DNA from: a virus
Virus record (IMG/VR): IMGVR_UViG_3300045988_168563
Coordinates: 1-64,000 of that record
Direction: 5' to 3' (one strand)
DNA length: 64,000 nt
The position numbers were made by a program, and so were the translations under genes. This document shows positions 1 to 8,334 of the stretch, in pieces (within the stretch, counting starts at the first letter, position 1; each line of letters begins with the position of its first letter). The notes under the pieces are model-generated. The model worked only from the letters and a program-made list of their open reading frames with translations, was not told the DNA's origin and ran no database searches.

Positions 1-1004
1 AGGAGAGAAGAGACAACGCCCTTGACAACATCTGTAAGGACCCTCTCTTCCCTTCTCATCGCCCTACTCTCCTGGGCTCGTGCGGTAGCATCCACATTCT
101 GTCGGTAGCCAAGGACTGATGCGTCATGAAGCACTCTGACTCCCTTGTCTACCATGTTCTTGGCCTCCGATGCTATGAGGCTATAGATAGTAGAATCTAC
201 AACACCCATGGCGTTACGCTCAGCTACAGAGAGCATCCTGATCTCACCATTACCAGCTAAGCTATGAAGCACATCGATGATTGGCATCTTAGCCTTCATG
301 GCTTCGTTAACCATGTTTGTAGAGACATCGACGAACTCCTCTTTGATCCTGTCTACAGCGTCATCGCTAAGCCTCGTCTTGCCATCACCATTCTTGATTA
401 GCTCATTGAGGACGGCACCGGTATCGACACTTCCATCTGACTTACGGAAACCCTTGAAGCCTGATTGAATGATCCCAGCAACTCGCTCGATGTTCTTTTC
501 GAGATCGGTCCTATCCAGGGCATACCTCGCGCGCTTCTTGTAAACGTTCTCAAGGATACGAACGAGGATAGCCGAATTGAGGTCGTTGACCTTGTCTATG
601 GCATCCTGATTCAAAAACTCATAGGAGGTTTTCTCCAGTGCGTTCTTGATATAGTGTGGCACGTAAGACATGACAGCCTTATATCCTTCTGTCTCCTGGA
701 TAGGTCTACCCTTGGGATCCATCTTCCCAATCTTATCCAGCACCGCATCGACCTCCTCATTATTCTTGACAAGCTCCTGGAACTTGCGCTCAAGGATACG
801 GATCGTGCTCTTCTTAGTAAGCTGCTCATTAGTGAACTCGTACCCTTGTGTCATCTCGGTATAAGCAATAAGCGCCTGGACCTTCTCTACTTTGTCGGCC
901 AGGTGCTTGATTGGACTCATACCTTCTTGCCCTTCATACTCGGACTCGTTGATCAACTTCTTGATCTCCTCGTATGTCTCGGGGCTCAGTATTCTACAAT
1001 GCAT
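1..1004 (-). CDS. hypothetical protein, C-terminus cut by window edge (N-terminal ~334 aa present)
   Basis: Uninterrupted minus-strand frame from ATG at 1004 (MHCRILSPETYEEIKKLINESEYEG...) to position 1. It is missing from the ORF track because it has no stop in the window. The Leu-rich + ORF 465..1022 is its antisense shadow. Confidence 0.6.
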   Translation of the reverse strand, partial: MHCRILSPETYEEIKKLINESEYEGQEGMSPIKHLADKVEKVQALIAYTEMTQGYEFTNEQLTKKSTIRILERKFQELVKNNEEVDAVLDKIGKMDPKGRPIQETEGYKAVMSYVPHYIKNALEKTSYEFLNQDAIDKVNDLNSAILVRILENVYKKRARYALDRTDLEKNIERVAGIIQSGFKGFRKSDGSVDTGAVLNELIKNGDGKTRLSDDAVDRIKEEFVDVSTNMVNEAMKAKMPIIDVLHSLAGNGEIRMLSVAERNAMGVVDSTIYSLIASEAKNMVDKGVRVLHDASVLGYRQNVDATARAQESRAMRREERVLTDVVKGVVSSL

Positions 1005-1071
1005 AGTCTATATTATATGTGATTCTATCCCAAAAAGAAGGGGTACGCACCCGAAAGTACGCACCCCTAAG

Positions 1072-1884
1072 TTACTGCTTATCCAGGAGATCCCTTGCCT
1101 TGGTCATCACATCCTTGGCATCTGCGTGTGGCTCTCCGGTTTCTCCGTCAACACGCTTTCGGAAGATCTCGTCCCACTCGCGCCTGGTGTAAGTGTAGAC
1201 AACCTTCGTTGCTGTGCCTAATGGGAGGTGCTTCCTGGCGTAATCTACTGGGTATCCTTTCTTGAGGAGAGAGAAGTAGTACTCCTCGTCTATCTTGAAC
1301 TTCCTCAGGCTATCCTCCCACCGCTCAGGATCCTCATCGGCAAACACTGTTTTGAGGATAGGTAGATCTGGACGCTTCTTCGTGCCGTAGATTATTAGTC
1401 TCGTGCTACTCTCCGCTATGGCGTTAGGTGATACCCTATTCAGCTCTCGCGATATATCAATAGAGGTGACGCACTCTATGGTGTACCTGCGGATGGACTC
1501 CAGTGCTTTCTCTGCTGGTATCCTCCATTCCTCACGTAGGTACTCCTTGTCGTTCTCCTCATAAGCCTGACCATTGCTGGCTACATAAGCCACAAGCCCA
1601 TACTTGGGGTCCCAGCTTGGCTCCTCAGCCATATTGACATGCTCAAAGACCACGTGTGTAAACTGACTAAGGCGTGAAGCTATATGGGCATACTCTGATG
1701 GTATCATGTAATACCTGGTGGTGTGACGGAACATAGACCTATGCCCAGAGCGCCACAAATGCTCGCAGAGACGCTTATTATCCTTCGGTGAGGAATCGTA
1801 GCACACGCTCGCACATCGTGCGATATGGGCCTCTAAATCGCTCCCACACTCATACAGGGAGACTGATGGTTCTAAGATGATCAT
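1072..1884 (-). CDS. thyX: ThyX-like (Thy1 family) flavin-dependent thymidylate synthase homolog, divergent
   Basis: GHRSMFRH near the N-terminus, ISRELNR...ESSTRL in place of the RHR...SQRY signature, and the C-terminal ARKHLPLGTATKVVYTYTRREWDEIFRKR block typical of ThyX. The canonical RHR triplet is not intact. Confidence 0.55.
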   Translation of the reverse strand: MIILEPSVSLYECGSDLEAHIARCASVCYDSSPKDNKRLCEHLWRSGHRSMFRHTTRYYMIPSEYAHIASRLSQFTHVVFEHVNMAEEPSWDPKYGLVAYVASNGQAYEENDKEYLREEWRIPAEKALESIRRYTIECVTSIDISRELNRVSPNAIAESSTRLIIYGTKKRPDLPILKTVFADEDPERWEDSLRKFKIDEEYYFSLLKKGYPVDYARKHLPLGTATKVVYTYTRREWDEIFRKRVDGETGEPHADAKDVMTKARDLLDKQ

Positions 1885-2666
1885 GATTCTACTATATGGG
1901 GTTTAACTGATGATGCCGGTTGAGGAAGAGATGAAGGCATAAGGTCGTAACGTTTCCTATCTAAACGGTAAGGTCGTATAGAAGCGCTAAGGGTCGGCGA
2001 ACCTTTCAATGCCTGCTCAGTAGTGGCTACATACGTATAGCCGTTCTCGTTAGTATTGATAACCTGCACGTCAATACTCTGCGGTACAAGCTCCTGAGGA
2101 ATGAGGGCAACAACGATAGCATCCTTAGGCTCCTCCTCAAGCACAGGTACAATGCCTACCTCCTCCTCAAGAGAGATAGTATTGGCTTCCTCAATGGGAT
2201 CCACTACGTCACGCATGTAAGCCTGATAAAGCCGTACTCGGTTAACTCGGGACATAAAAAGAGGATTAACCCAGTAACGGCGTATCTGCCGGCGAGCAAT
2301 TACAGACTTCTCGATCAGCTCACGCAAGCCACGATACACAGAGTTGAGAGCAATACCCTCTTCCTCAGAAATAACCTTTGCGTCCAGCACTACACAGTTC
2401 TCCTCATCAAGACCCTGTGAGAGCCTTGCAAAGATGATCAGCGCTGATGGGGATAGTCTGGACATCACCTGAAAGCCCTTAGGGTAAACACGCACGTGCT
2501 GTGATGCGTCTACCATCTCTTTCTGTCGGAGAGCTATATCTACATCAGTCATCTCCCCTTCGCCTGTGACGACGTGGAGATCCTTCTGTGTAGTGTACCT
2601 ATACCTGTTCTGGAAGTCTGCCTCAAGGGCTAAGTCCATGGCGAATGGACATCTTGGAATTGCCAT
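1881..2666 (-). CDS. winged-helix DNA-binding protein, RepL/replication-initiator-like or transcription regulator
   Basis: Central LSPSALIIFARLSQGLDEENCVVLDAKVISEEEGIALNSVYRGLRELIEKSVIARR..YWVNPLFM resembles MarR/RepL-type wHTH. A 4-nt overlap with thyX suggests translational coupling. The operators immediately upstream are consistent with a regulatory role. Confidence 0.5.
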   Translation of the reverse strand: MAIPRCPFAMDLALEADFQNRYRYTTQKDLHVVTGEGEMTDVDIALRQKEMVDASQHVRVYPKGFQVMSRLSPSALIIFARLSQGLDEENCVVLDAKVISEEEGIALNSVYRGLRELIEKSVIARRQIRRYWVNPLFMSRVNRVRLYQAYMRDVVDPIEEANTISLEEEVGIVPVLEEEPKDAIVVALIPQELVPQSIDVQVINTNENGYTYVATTEQALKGSPTLSASIRPYRLDRKRYDLMPSSLPQPASSVKPHIVES

Positions 2667-2694
2667 ATCTATCTGTTGTTATCGTTCTGTACTG

Positions 2695-2702
2695 CAAAGG
2701 TA
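2695..2702 (-). promoter_or_regulatory. Bacteroidetes-type -7 promoter box TACCTTTG for the wHTH/thyX operon
   Basis: Exact TAnnTTTG on the minus strand, about 29 nt upstream of ATG 2666, in intergenic DNA. Confidence 0.6.
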
Positions 2703-2720
2703 ATGAAAGTATTTGGTTTT

Positions 2721-2768
2721 TATACAATGCTGTATACTAAATTCAGATTCTTTATACAGCGCTGTATA
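2721..2768. promoter_or_regulatory. two 16-bp perfect palindromes TATACA-N4-TGTATA (2721-2736, 2753-2768), putative operators
   Basis: tatacaATGCtgtata and tatacaGCGCtgtata lie 32 bp apart centre to centre. The proximal copy sits over the -33 region of the 2695 promoter. Confidence 0.55.
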
Positions 2769-2769
2769 A

Positions 2770-2813
2770 TAAAAAAAAGGGGGAAAGCACTGATAATCAG
2801 CACCTTCCCCCTT
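2770..2813 (-). terminator. intrinsic terminator after CDS 2852..3439
   Basis: Minus strand gggggaaggtgctgattatcagtgctttccccc hairpin followed by T8-9. Confidence 0.7.
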
Positions 2814-2851
2814 TCGTCTATATATATTTATAGTTAGTATAGTAGCGAGTG

Positions 2852-3439
2852 TTATAGCGGATCGATTATATCCAGGTATTCCTGCGTGTGGAATACGTAG
2901 TAGACATTCTTCCATCCCTGTACGCTCTTACCTTTCATAACCCAGAGTAGACTCATGAAGGCTGCGTCCTGTAGTAGTCGCTCTGGGCTCATCTTGCCTG
3001 ACAGCTTCATGGGTAGCTGGTAGTGGCTATCAATGAACTCAATCTCCTCTACCGCATACTCTTCCATAGATTCAAATCTACCAAAGTACTCGGTCTCAAA
3101 AGCGTCTGGCGAGGCTAGCGCTTCGTATTCGAATACTTCGTCCTGCCTCTGCAGCCACATCTCGTATGGCTCTCTTAACGAAGCCTTCAGCTTTCTGTTT
3201 GCCTCAAAGAACTCGCTGTCGATACCTCCTTTGTTAAGTAGTACCTCTGGAACTCCATACGAAGCTATGATTTGCTGATTGACCTCTCTTAGGTTTTGCC
3301 AGACGTATCTATCGAAGTCGTCTTTGTCTGTCATATTTGATAGGTCTACCTTGATTGCATCCTTAGGTGAGACCATGCCATCTATCACCGGGGCTACGGC
3401 TACCCAGGCCCCATCAAAGATTCTCTTTTCTTGTTCCAT
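2852..3439 (-). CDS. hypothetical protein, member of ArdA-related paralog family (tentative antirestriction)
   Basis: Shares SEFFEANRKL..YEMW with 3452..4036 (PEFFEINQNL..YEFW). Shares YFGRFES..EYA and C-terminal VYYVFHTQ with 5415..5762. Confidence 0.45.
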   Translation of the reverse strand: MEQEKRIFDGAWVAVAPVIDGMVSPKDAIKVDLSNMTDKDDFDRYVWQNLREVNQQIIASYGVPEVLLNKGGIDSEFFEANRKLKASLREPYEMWLQRQDEVFEYEALASPDAFETEYFGRFESMEEYAVEEIEFIDSHYQLPMKLSGKMSPERLLQDAAFMSLLWVMKGKSVQGWKNVYYVFHTQEYLDIIDPL

Positions 3440-3451
3440 GTCTTTTGCTTA

Positions 3452-4036
3452 TTACCAGTTAGGTCTCTTGAAGAAGTTGTTGTACTCTCCTCCGTAGAAA
3501 AAGCAACTCATAAAGTCTTCTGAGTCGAGCATCTCCTCCTTGGTCATCCCTGTGACATCCACATCAAGCTCGTACCTGATGGGATTCGACTCTACTGAGT
3601 CTGCGAAGTCCTCTACGTCATCATAGGATCCTAGATGGTTATCCCAGAAGGAATCGATGTCTAGTCTTACCTTCTCCTCATTCCCCTTGAAGTGATTCAT
3701 CTGAGCCTCTACCCAGAACTCGTATGCCTTGGTGTGGCACTTTGAGAGGTTCTGGTTAATCTCGAAGAACTCGGGTCGTAGCTCAAAGTTCTTCATGAAG
3801 AACACTGGCATATCGCTAGTACCGATAATCTTCGGTGGCATCCTCTCATATCCGTAGTTTAACTCCCTGCAGTAGGCGTTAAACATGTGAGCGCTTGAGA
3901 ATGGGTATAGTAGCACCCAGTCTCCGCACGTATGCTTTGTCTCAGTGTCGTTGAGGTCCATCTTCTGAAACTCTTCGTATGGCACTACATACACCTTGGC
4001 GGTGGGGTAGGCCACAAATAATGGGCTCTTGTTCAT
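3452..4036 (-). CDS. hypothetical protein, ArdA-related paralog (tentative)
   Basis: N-terminal KVYVVPYEEF...GDW pattern like the ArdA N-domain. Paralogous to 2852..3439. Acidic C-terminal half. Confidence 0.4.
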   Translation of the reverse strand: MNKSPLFVAYPTAKVYVVPYEEFQKMDLNDTETKHTCGDWVLLYPFSSAHMFNAYCRELNYGYERMPPKIIGTSDMPVFFMKNFELRPEFFEINQNLSKCHTKAYEFWVEAQMNHFKGNEEKVRLDIDSFWDNHLGSYDDVEDFADSVESNPIRYELDVDVTGMTKEEMLDSEDFMSCFFYGGEYNNFFKRPNW

Positions 4037-4050
4037 AGTTGTCTTGTTGT

Positions 4051-4326
4051 CTAGCTTAGTAATTTCTCTGCTATAGTCGTCATGATCTTGGCTACTAGGG
4101 ACTCCTTGGCATTCTTCAGGTTCTCAGCTGTCAGCTTAGCCTTGTACATTACTCTTGAATCCCGGCAGTAGTATATCGTGTCGTAATCTATAGCTATACA
4201 GTATCCGTATTCATACCTTTTAGGCAGGTAGTAGAAGTCTCCGTGCTTCTCTACCGGTACCGAGGTTGTACCTGTATTATCCTTTATAGTGAGTAGCTCA
4301 CCATCAAACCTCATATTATGTTTCAT
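4051..4326 (-). CDS. hypothetical protein
   Basis: ORF track; tightly packed in the co-directional array; no recognisable motif. Confidence 0.55.
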   Translation of the reverse strand: MKHNMRFDGELLTIKDNTGTTSVPVEKHGDFYYLPKRYEYGYCIAIDYDTIYYCRDSRVMYKAKLTAENLKNAKESLVAKIMTTIAEKLLS

Positions 4327-4331
4327 CTTCT

Positions 4332-4718
4332 CTATTCTTCTGGCATCAATACTTCTGCATCCCAGTATAGTTGATCGTTGTTGAGTAGCTCGTATAGGCT
4401 CTCACCTGTACTCTCAAGTACCCAGCATCCTCTAGAGAATGCTACGATATCATTTATCTCTCTTGACATCGCTGTACCGTCTCTATCCATCCACTGATAG
4501 CCACCTACGATTCTGCATCCTTCAAAGACTAGCTTACCGTTTAAGTCTATACCTGTGTATTGATAGACATAGGCTACGCGCGCTACATCTGTTTCCTCAC
4601 TCATGTATGGACCTAGGATCAGCCAATCTATGCCGTTATCATCATGGCAAGCTGATCCAGTGACCCACTCATTCCTGGCGTTGTACCCGCCAAATAGTAT
4701 ATCTCTTTCTTCTTTCAT
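4332..4718 (-). CDS. YopX-like domain protein (tentative)
   Basis: VYQYTGIDLNGKLVFEGCRIV matches the YopX core pattern (qyTGl.D.nGk.iyEGDiv). Confidence 0.4.
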   Translation of the reverse strand: MKEERDILFGGYNARNEWVTGSACHDDNGIDWLILGPYMSEETDVARVAYVYQYTGIDLNGKLVFEGCRIVGGYQWMDRDGTAMSREINDIVAFSRGCWVLESTGESLYELLNNDQLYWDAEVLMPEE

Positions 4719-4781
4719 CTTGGTTATAGTTGTTGAGGAAGAGAGAAAGATGTTTCCACCTACTCTCCCTTCCTCAGGTGA

Positions 4782-5396
4782 TTATCCTCCGGTAAGACTC
4801 TTTGCTACCTGATACAGTCTGTACCGCTTAGCAAAGTCCAGAACCATCTCTAGGTCGTTGTCGGTATAGACCACCTCCTTGACCGTGTCTTCTGAGTCCA
4901 GACGGCACTTCATCTCTAGGTAGTATCTTCCGGTAGCACCTTGTGAAATGAGGAAGTACAGCTCGCCATCCTTGCTCAGGCTGAGGATCTTTGCATACAT
5001 GCACGACTTCAAGCCTGACATAGCTGGTAGCTCTACATTCTTCCAGTTTAGTGGTGGCATCATATCCTCCAGGATCTCCGACTGACTGACTTGCCCATAC
5101 ACAAAGTCTCCGATACTCCGAAGCCGATATTGCTCAGCCAGCTCCATTAGCTCTTGTGTGTTGCGTGAGTTTGCAATCTCTTGGAGCTGTTCCTCATCGT
5201 CATCTTGACAGATCACTATACTTAGGTATGAGATACCATTCTTTCTCTGTATCTCTATCTGATAGTATTGATATGTATCTGGTCCCAGCTGTGCATTTAG
5301 GGCTCTTAGTACATCAATGCTATCCTCGTAGTGCTTCTTCACCCCTCTGCGCCATTCAAGCGGTTTAGGTACTGTTGCTATTTTGATCTTGTTCAT
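4782..5396 (-). CDS. hypothetical protein with two KPLEW/PPLNW motifs
   Basis: ORF track. PKPLEWRR near the N-terminus and PPLNWKNV mid-protein echo the LKPLEW small-protein family at 22.4-23.5 kb. Confidence 0.5.
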   Translation of the reverse strand: MNKIKIATVPKPLEWRRGVKKHYEDSIDVLRALNAQLGPDTYQYYQIEIQRKNGISYLSIVICQDDDEEQLQEIANSRNTQELMELAEQYRLRSIGDFVYGQVSQSEILEDMMPPLNWKNVELPAMSGLKSCMYAKILSLSKDGELYFLISQGATGRYYLEMKCRLDSEDTVKEVVYTDNDLEMVLDFAKRYRLYQVAKSLTGG

Positions 5397-5414
5397 ATCC
5401 TTGTTGTTTAATAC

Positions 5415-5762
5415 TTATCCATCCATGCGATCATAGTATCCCTGAGTGTGGAAGACGTAGACCGTCTCATCATCGGGATCTTCCGGGTTGGGGTACTTGA
5501 ATGGGTACACCTCACTCATGTAGTATTCGTCGTTTAGCACGTCACTAGGCTTAATTCTACCACTAAGCTGGAATTGGATGAAGTTAGATCTATCCCACTC
5601 CTCGATGATATACTGTGCATATCTTGTAAGATTCTCGAATCGTCCGTATAGATGATCCTTGAATACTTCAAAGTCGTTCCCCCAGAGGTGTGCTAGTTCT
5701 AGATCTACAGCCTCTAGCCATAATCTGGCGATGATCAAATCTTCTCTCTTCTCGTTATTCAT
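5415..5762 (-). CDS. hypothetical protein, ArdA C-terminal-half-like paralog (tentative)
   Basis: LYGRFENLTRYAQYIIEE ... VYVFHTQGYYD parallels the C-terminus of 2852..3439. Confidence 0.4.
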   Translation of the reverse strand: MNNEKREDLIIARLWLEAVDLELAHLWGNDFEVFKDHLYGRFENLTRYAQYIIEEWDRSNFIQFQLSGRIKPSDVLNDEYYMSEVYPFKYPNPEDPDDETVYVFHTQGYYDRMDG

Positions 5763-5785
5763 AGTTGTTATTTCTTGAATGATTC

Positions 5786-6373
5786 TTACTTAATATCGAT
5801 TGGTACATCAAGCTGCTTGAGGAAGATCCTACCCTTGTAGGCCTCATAGCATGCCTTCACTACCTCTTCCTCAGCCATATCGAATGAGGAGAGGAATTGG
5901 AATTGAGGAAAGCGATGATCCATCCAGCGCTTATTAGCGTGAATGAAGTCCTCAAGATTAGCATAGCCCTTACCTACCAGCTGCATTCTGAAGAGTGCAG
6001 GCTCGCAGACATACATAGGCCAGTCATAAGGCTGTCCTGGCTTTCCCTTGCAGCCTCTGTTGGCCCATTCCTCCCAGACAAGGTAATCCTCCAGCTCTTC
6101 CTCAAGAAGGTCTCTGTGGACCTTGTAGAAGGCCTGAGAGAGTCTTCCCTCGCAGATAAGCCCTTGAGGAAAGTTAGAGGTGTTGAGGAAGAGGATATCT
6201 GGATTCCTCTCCTTAGGGAAGAGGGCCTTACAAGCCGCCATATACTCCTCTACAGAGCTATAGTTACCTGGCGTGGTCCACTTCCCGATGCTTAACTTCT
6301 TAGTGTCGTCATTGCGCATAGCAATTAGCTGTGTCGTGACGTATAGTCGCGCGCGTCTTAATCCTCCGTCCAT
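5786..6373 (-). CDS. ArdA N-domain-like protein (tentative antirestriction)
   Basis: RLYVTTQL...IGKWTTPGNYSSVEEYMAACKALF...FLNTSNFPQGLICEG resembles the ArdA N-terminal pattern. Start moved to ATG 6373 (MDGG), which leaves 1 nt after the upstream stop; the track start 6409 would overlap by 35 nt. Confidence 0.45.
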   Translation of the reverse strand: MDGGLRRARLYVTTQLIAMRNDDTKKLSIGKWTTPGNYSSVEEYMAACKALFPKERNPDILFLNTSNFPQGLICEGRLSQAFYKVHRDLLEEELEDYLVWEEWANRGCKGKPGQPYDWPMYVCEPALFRMQLVGKGYANLEDFIHANKRWMDHRFPQFQFLSSFDMAEEEVVKACYEAYKGRIFLKQLDVPIDIK

Positions 6374-6374
6374 A

Positions 6375-6968
6375 TTAGTAGTCTGAAAATACGAAGCCTG
6401 GCTTGCCAATTACTTCGTTGTCAACGTATGTGTAGTCACTGATGAAGAGATCTCTTGCGAAAGCGTCAAGATCAAAACTGAAGTATGGTGAGATACTCTC
6501 GACCTTCTCGATCTCCTCTCCATAGCACTCATTCATCAGCTCCTCTGCAAAGTCCTCTTCGCTGTAGTACTGGCCCTTATATCGGTCCTCGAAGCTGTCT
6601 GAGTCGGATGTATCTACCTCCCATGGATTGAAGTGGTAGTTGTGGATGTAAGCCTCAAAAGCCTCATGCAGGTCCTCGTCGAGCTCATCAAACGCATCCT
6701 TGGTGGTGAAGAAGGATTCATCGATCTCGTTGCTACCCTCCTTGTAGATGCGGTCATCATCGATGCCCTCTACCTCAAGGATCTTAATCTCGAGTTCTCC
6801 TTCCTCATCATCCCCATAGTATTCCTCTAGGAGATCTTCGACATCATCCCAGTAATCTAGGTCCTTGAGTTCGATCTCAAGGCCTCTCTCGTTTGGATCT
6901 TCAAGGTATCGCTTGCTTGTGGTCACTCGTACCTTGGACTCATAGATCTGTTCTCTGATAGTTGCCAT
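6375..6968 (-). CDS. ArdA-like antirestriction protein (acidic DNA-mimic type)
   Basis: Very acidic. The C-terminal YFSFDLDAFARDLFISDYTYV....GFVF matches the ArdA hallmark (YfDYeaFaRDL....y.....hvF). The N-terminal KVRVTT..Y...G pattern also fits. Confidence 0.6.
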   Translation of the reverse strand: MATIREQIYESKVRVTTSKRYLEDPNERGLEIELKDLDYWDDVEDLLEEYYGDDEEGELEIKILEVEGIDDDRIYKEGSNEIDESFFTTKDAFDELDEDLHEAFEAYIHNYHFNPWEVDTSDSDSFEDRYKGQYYSEEDFAEELMNECYGEEIEKVESISPYFSFDLDAFARDLFISDYTYVDNEVIGKPGFVFSDY

Positions 6969-6994
6969 AGCTGTTGCTTATTAGTTGGTTATTG

Positions 6995-7366
6995 TTATAC
7001 TTCTACGCTGGAATCTTCGTGCGCCTTAGCCTCAGGTTTTTCGTATGGTTCTTTCACAGAGCCCTTCTTTAGGTACTTAAAGGCTTCCTGGTCTAGCTCA
7101 TTCTCAATATCCCTGATAAGCATCTCATAACTCATACGCTCTTGTCCTAAGGATACCGATGCCGGCAGGTTACTCACGACTTCCTTACGGAAGTGGCGTG
7201 AGGAGAAGAGACCACCGAACCATACTGTCTCTTCCTCATAAAGGAATCCTGTGACCTTGATATTTGATACCTTGAGATCAAGGATGGTACGCTGCTCGTA
7301 CTTACGTGTGATGCTTGTGATAGCTTTAGTCTCTCGAGTGAAGACAAAGTTCTTGATTGTTTTCAT
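6995..7366 (-). CDS. hypothetical protein
   Basis: ORF track; co-directional packing. Confidence 0.55.
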   Translation of the reverse strand: MKTIKNFVFTRETKAITSITRKYEQRTILDLKVSNIKVTGFLYEEETVWFGGLFSSRHFRKEVVSNLPASVSLGQERMSYEMLIRDIENELDQEAFKYLKKGSVKEPYEKPEAKAHEDSSVEV

Positions 7367-7436
7367 TGCGCTTATATTTGTTTTGTTCTTAGTATTTCTA
7401 TTCTTTCTTTGATTGTACTACATATAGGGGTAATAA

Positions 7437-7462
7437 GGGGGACCAGTTGCAGCTGATCCCCC
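7437..7462 (-). terminator. hairpin terminator after CDS 7468..8334
   Basis: gggggaccag..ctgatccccc stem directly downstream of the stop. The T tract is weak on the minus strand and better on the plus strand. Confidence 0.45.
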
Positions 7463-7467
7463 TTTTC

Positions 7468-8334
7468 CTATTCTCTTAGTGCGTCTTCTTTTGACATAGA
7501 CCGTAAAGCAATACCGTTGCGTGCGGCAAATCGTATGGGCTCATCTGTGCCCGGGAAGTACACGTTACACACATTGTCCCACTCCCTATCCTCCAGGATT
7601 CTCTTGACCGCAAGGTCATTCTCCTGTAGCCTCGGGATGAACTTAGGCCCGAAAGGTCCGTGCCCTATATACCACATGCCAGAAACACAGGACATCTTGA
7701 TCTCCTCATCGGACATATCTGCCATCCTGTATATGACTGCGTGATCGTTGTAGGCGTTAGTGATCTCCTTAGTCAGTCCGGACATCAGGCCTCGCAAGTA
7801 CGCAACCTTATGCTTAACTGATACCTGACTGCTGGTGATCACATCGCCCCTATTAGATACCGCTATGGTATTAAGGACACGGAAGCCTCTCTGTCCTTCC
7901 TTGATGTAGAGTAGCGCACTCTTCTGCAACTTGCTGAAAGCACGCTCATCAAAGATGGTTAGTGTGTCTGTCATCATCCTTTCCTCGCGTCTATGTACCC
8001 CAACCAAAACACCATAGGCAAACCACTCCCTCTCAGATTCTCTCTCAATCATAATGTGGGAGAGAGGAAGGGCAACAGAAAAAGAAGGAAGGAAAAGACC
8101 ATCACGCCTTTCCTCAATCTCTTCAGGCATCACTGCCACAGGTGTCTGGATTGATCCCAACATAGGGATAGGTACATAAGAGCAAGTCTTGAGTCGTGTA
8201 GGTTCCCCATACATGATACGCCCTCTACGTAGCCCCTCCTCAGTGAGGAAGGTGCAACCGTTAGCGTCCCTCAATGGTATAGGACCTTTCTCTGCCGTCA
8301 TCACAACGGTGGATGCTTTATAGCCTCTTCGCAT
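7468..8334 (-). CDS. hypothetical protein (recombination-module position)
   Basis: ORF track; sits directly downstream of the PD-(D/E)XK exonuclease. An alternative start at 8301 (MTAEKG) would remove the 17-nt overlap. Confidence 0.5.
   Translation of the reverse strand: MRRGYKASTVVMTAEKGPIPLRDANGCTFLTEEGLRRGRIMYGEPTRLKTCSYVPIPMLGSIQTPVAVMPEEIEERRDGLFLPSFSVALPLSHIMIERESEREWFAYGVLVGVHRREERMMTDTLTIFDERAFSKLQKSALLYIKEGQRGFRVLNTIAVSNRGDVITSSQVSVKHKVAYLRGLMSGLTKEITNAYNDHAVIYRMADMSDEEIKMSCVSGMWYIGHGPFGPKFIPRLQENDLAVKRILEDREWDNVCNVYFPGTDEPIRFAARNGIALRSMSKEDALRE

Noticed and set aside
465-1022. 185-aa + strand ORF, plus 277..468, 670..864 and 892..1221
   Set aside because: Leu/Ser-rich composition typical of the antisense frame. 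The opposite strand carries a clean open frame running off the window edge (1..1004).
7468-8334. Possible degenerate double-LAGLIDADG homing endonuclease (EWFAYGVLVGV ... VAYLRGLMSGL)
   Set aside because: The acidic catalytic residues that should end each motif are missing, and the resemblance is weak. Left as hypothetical.
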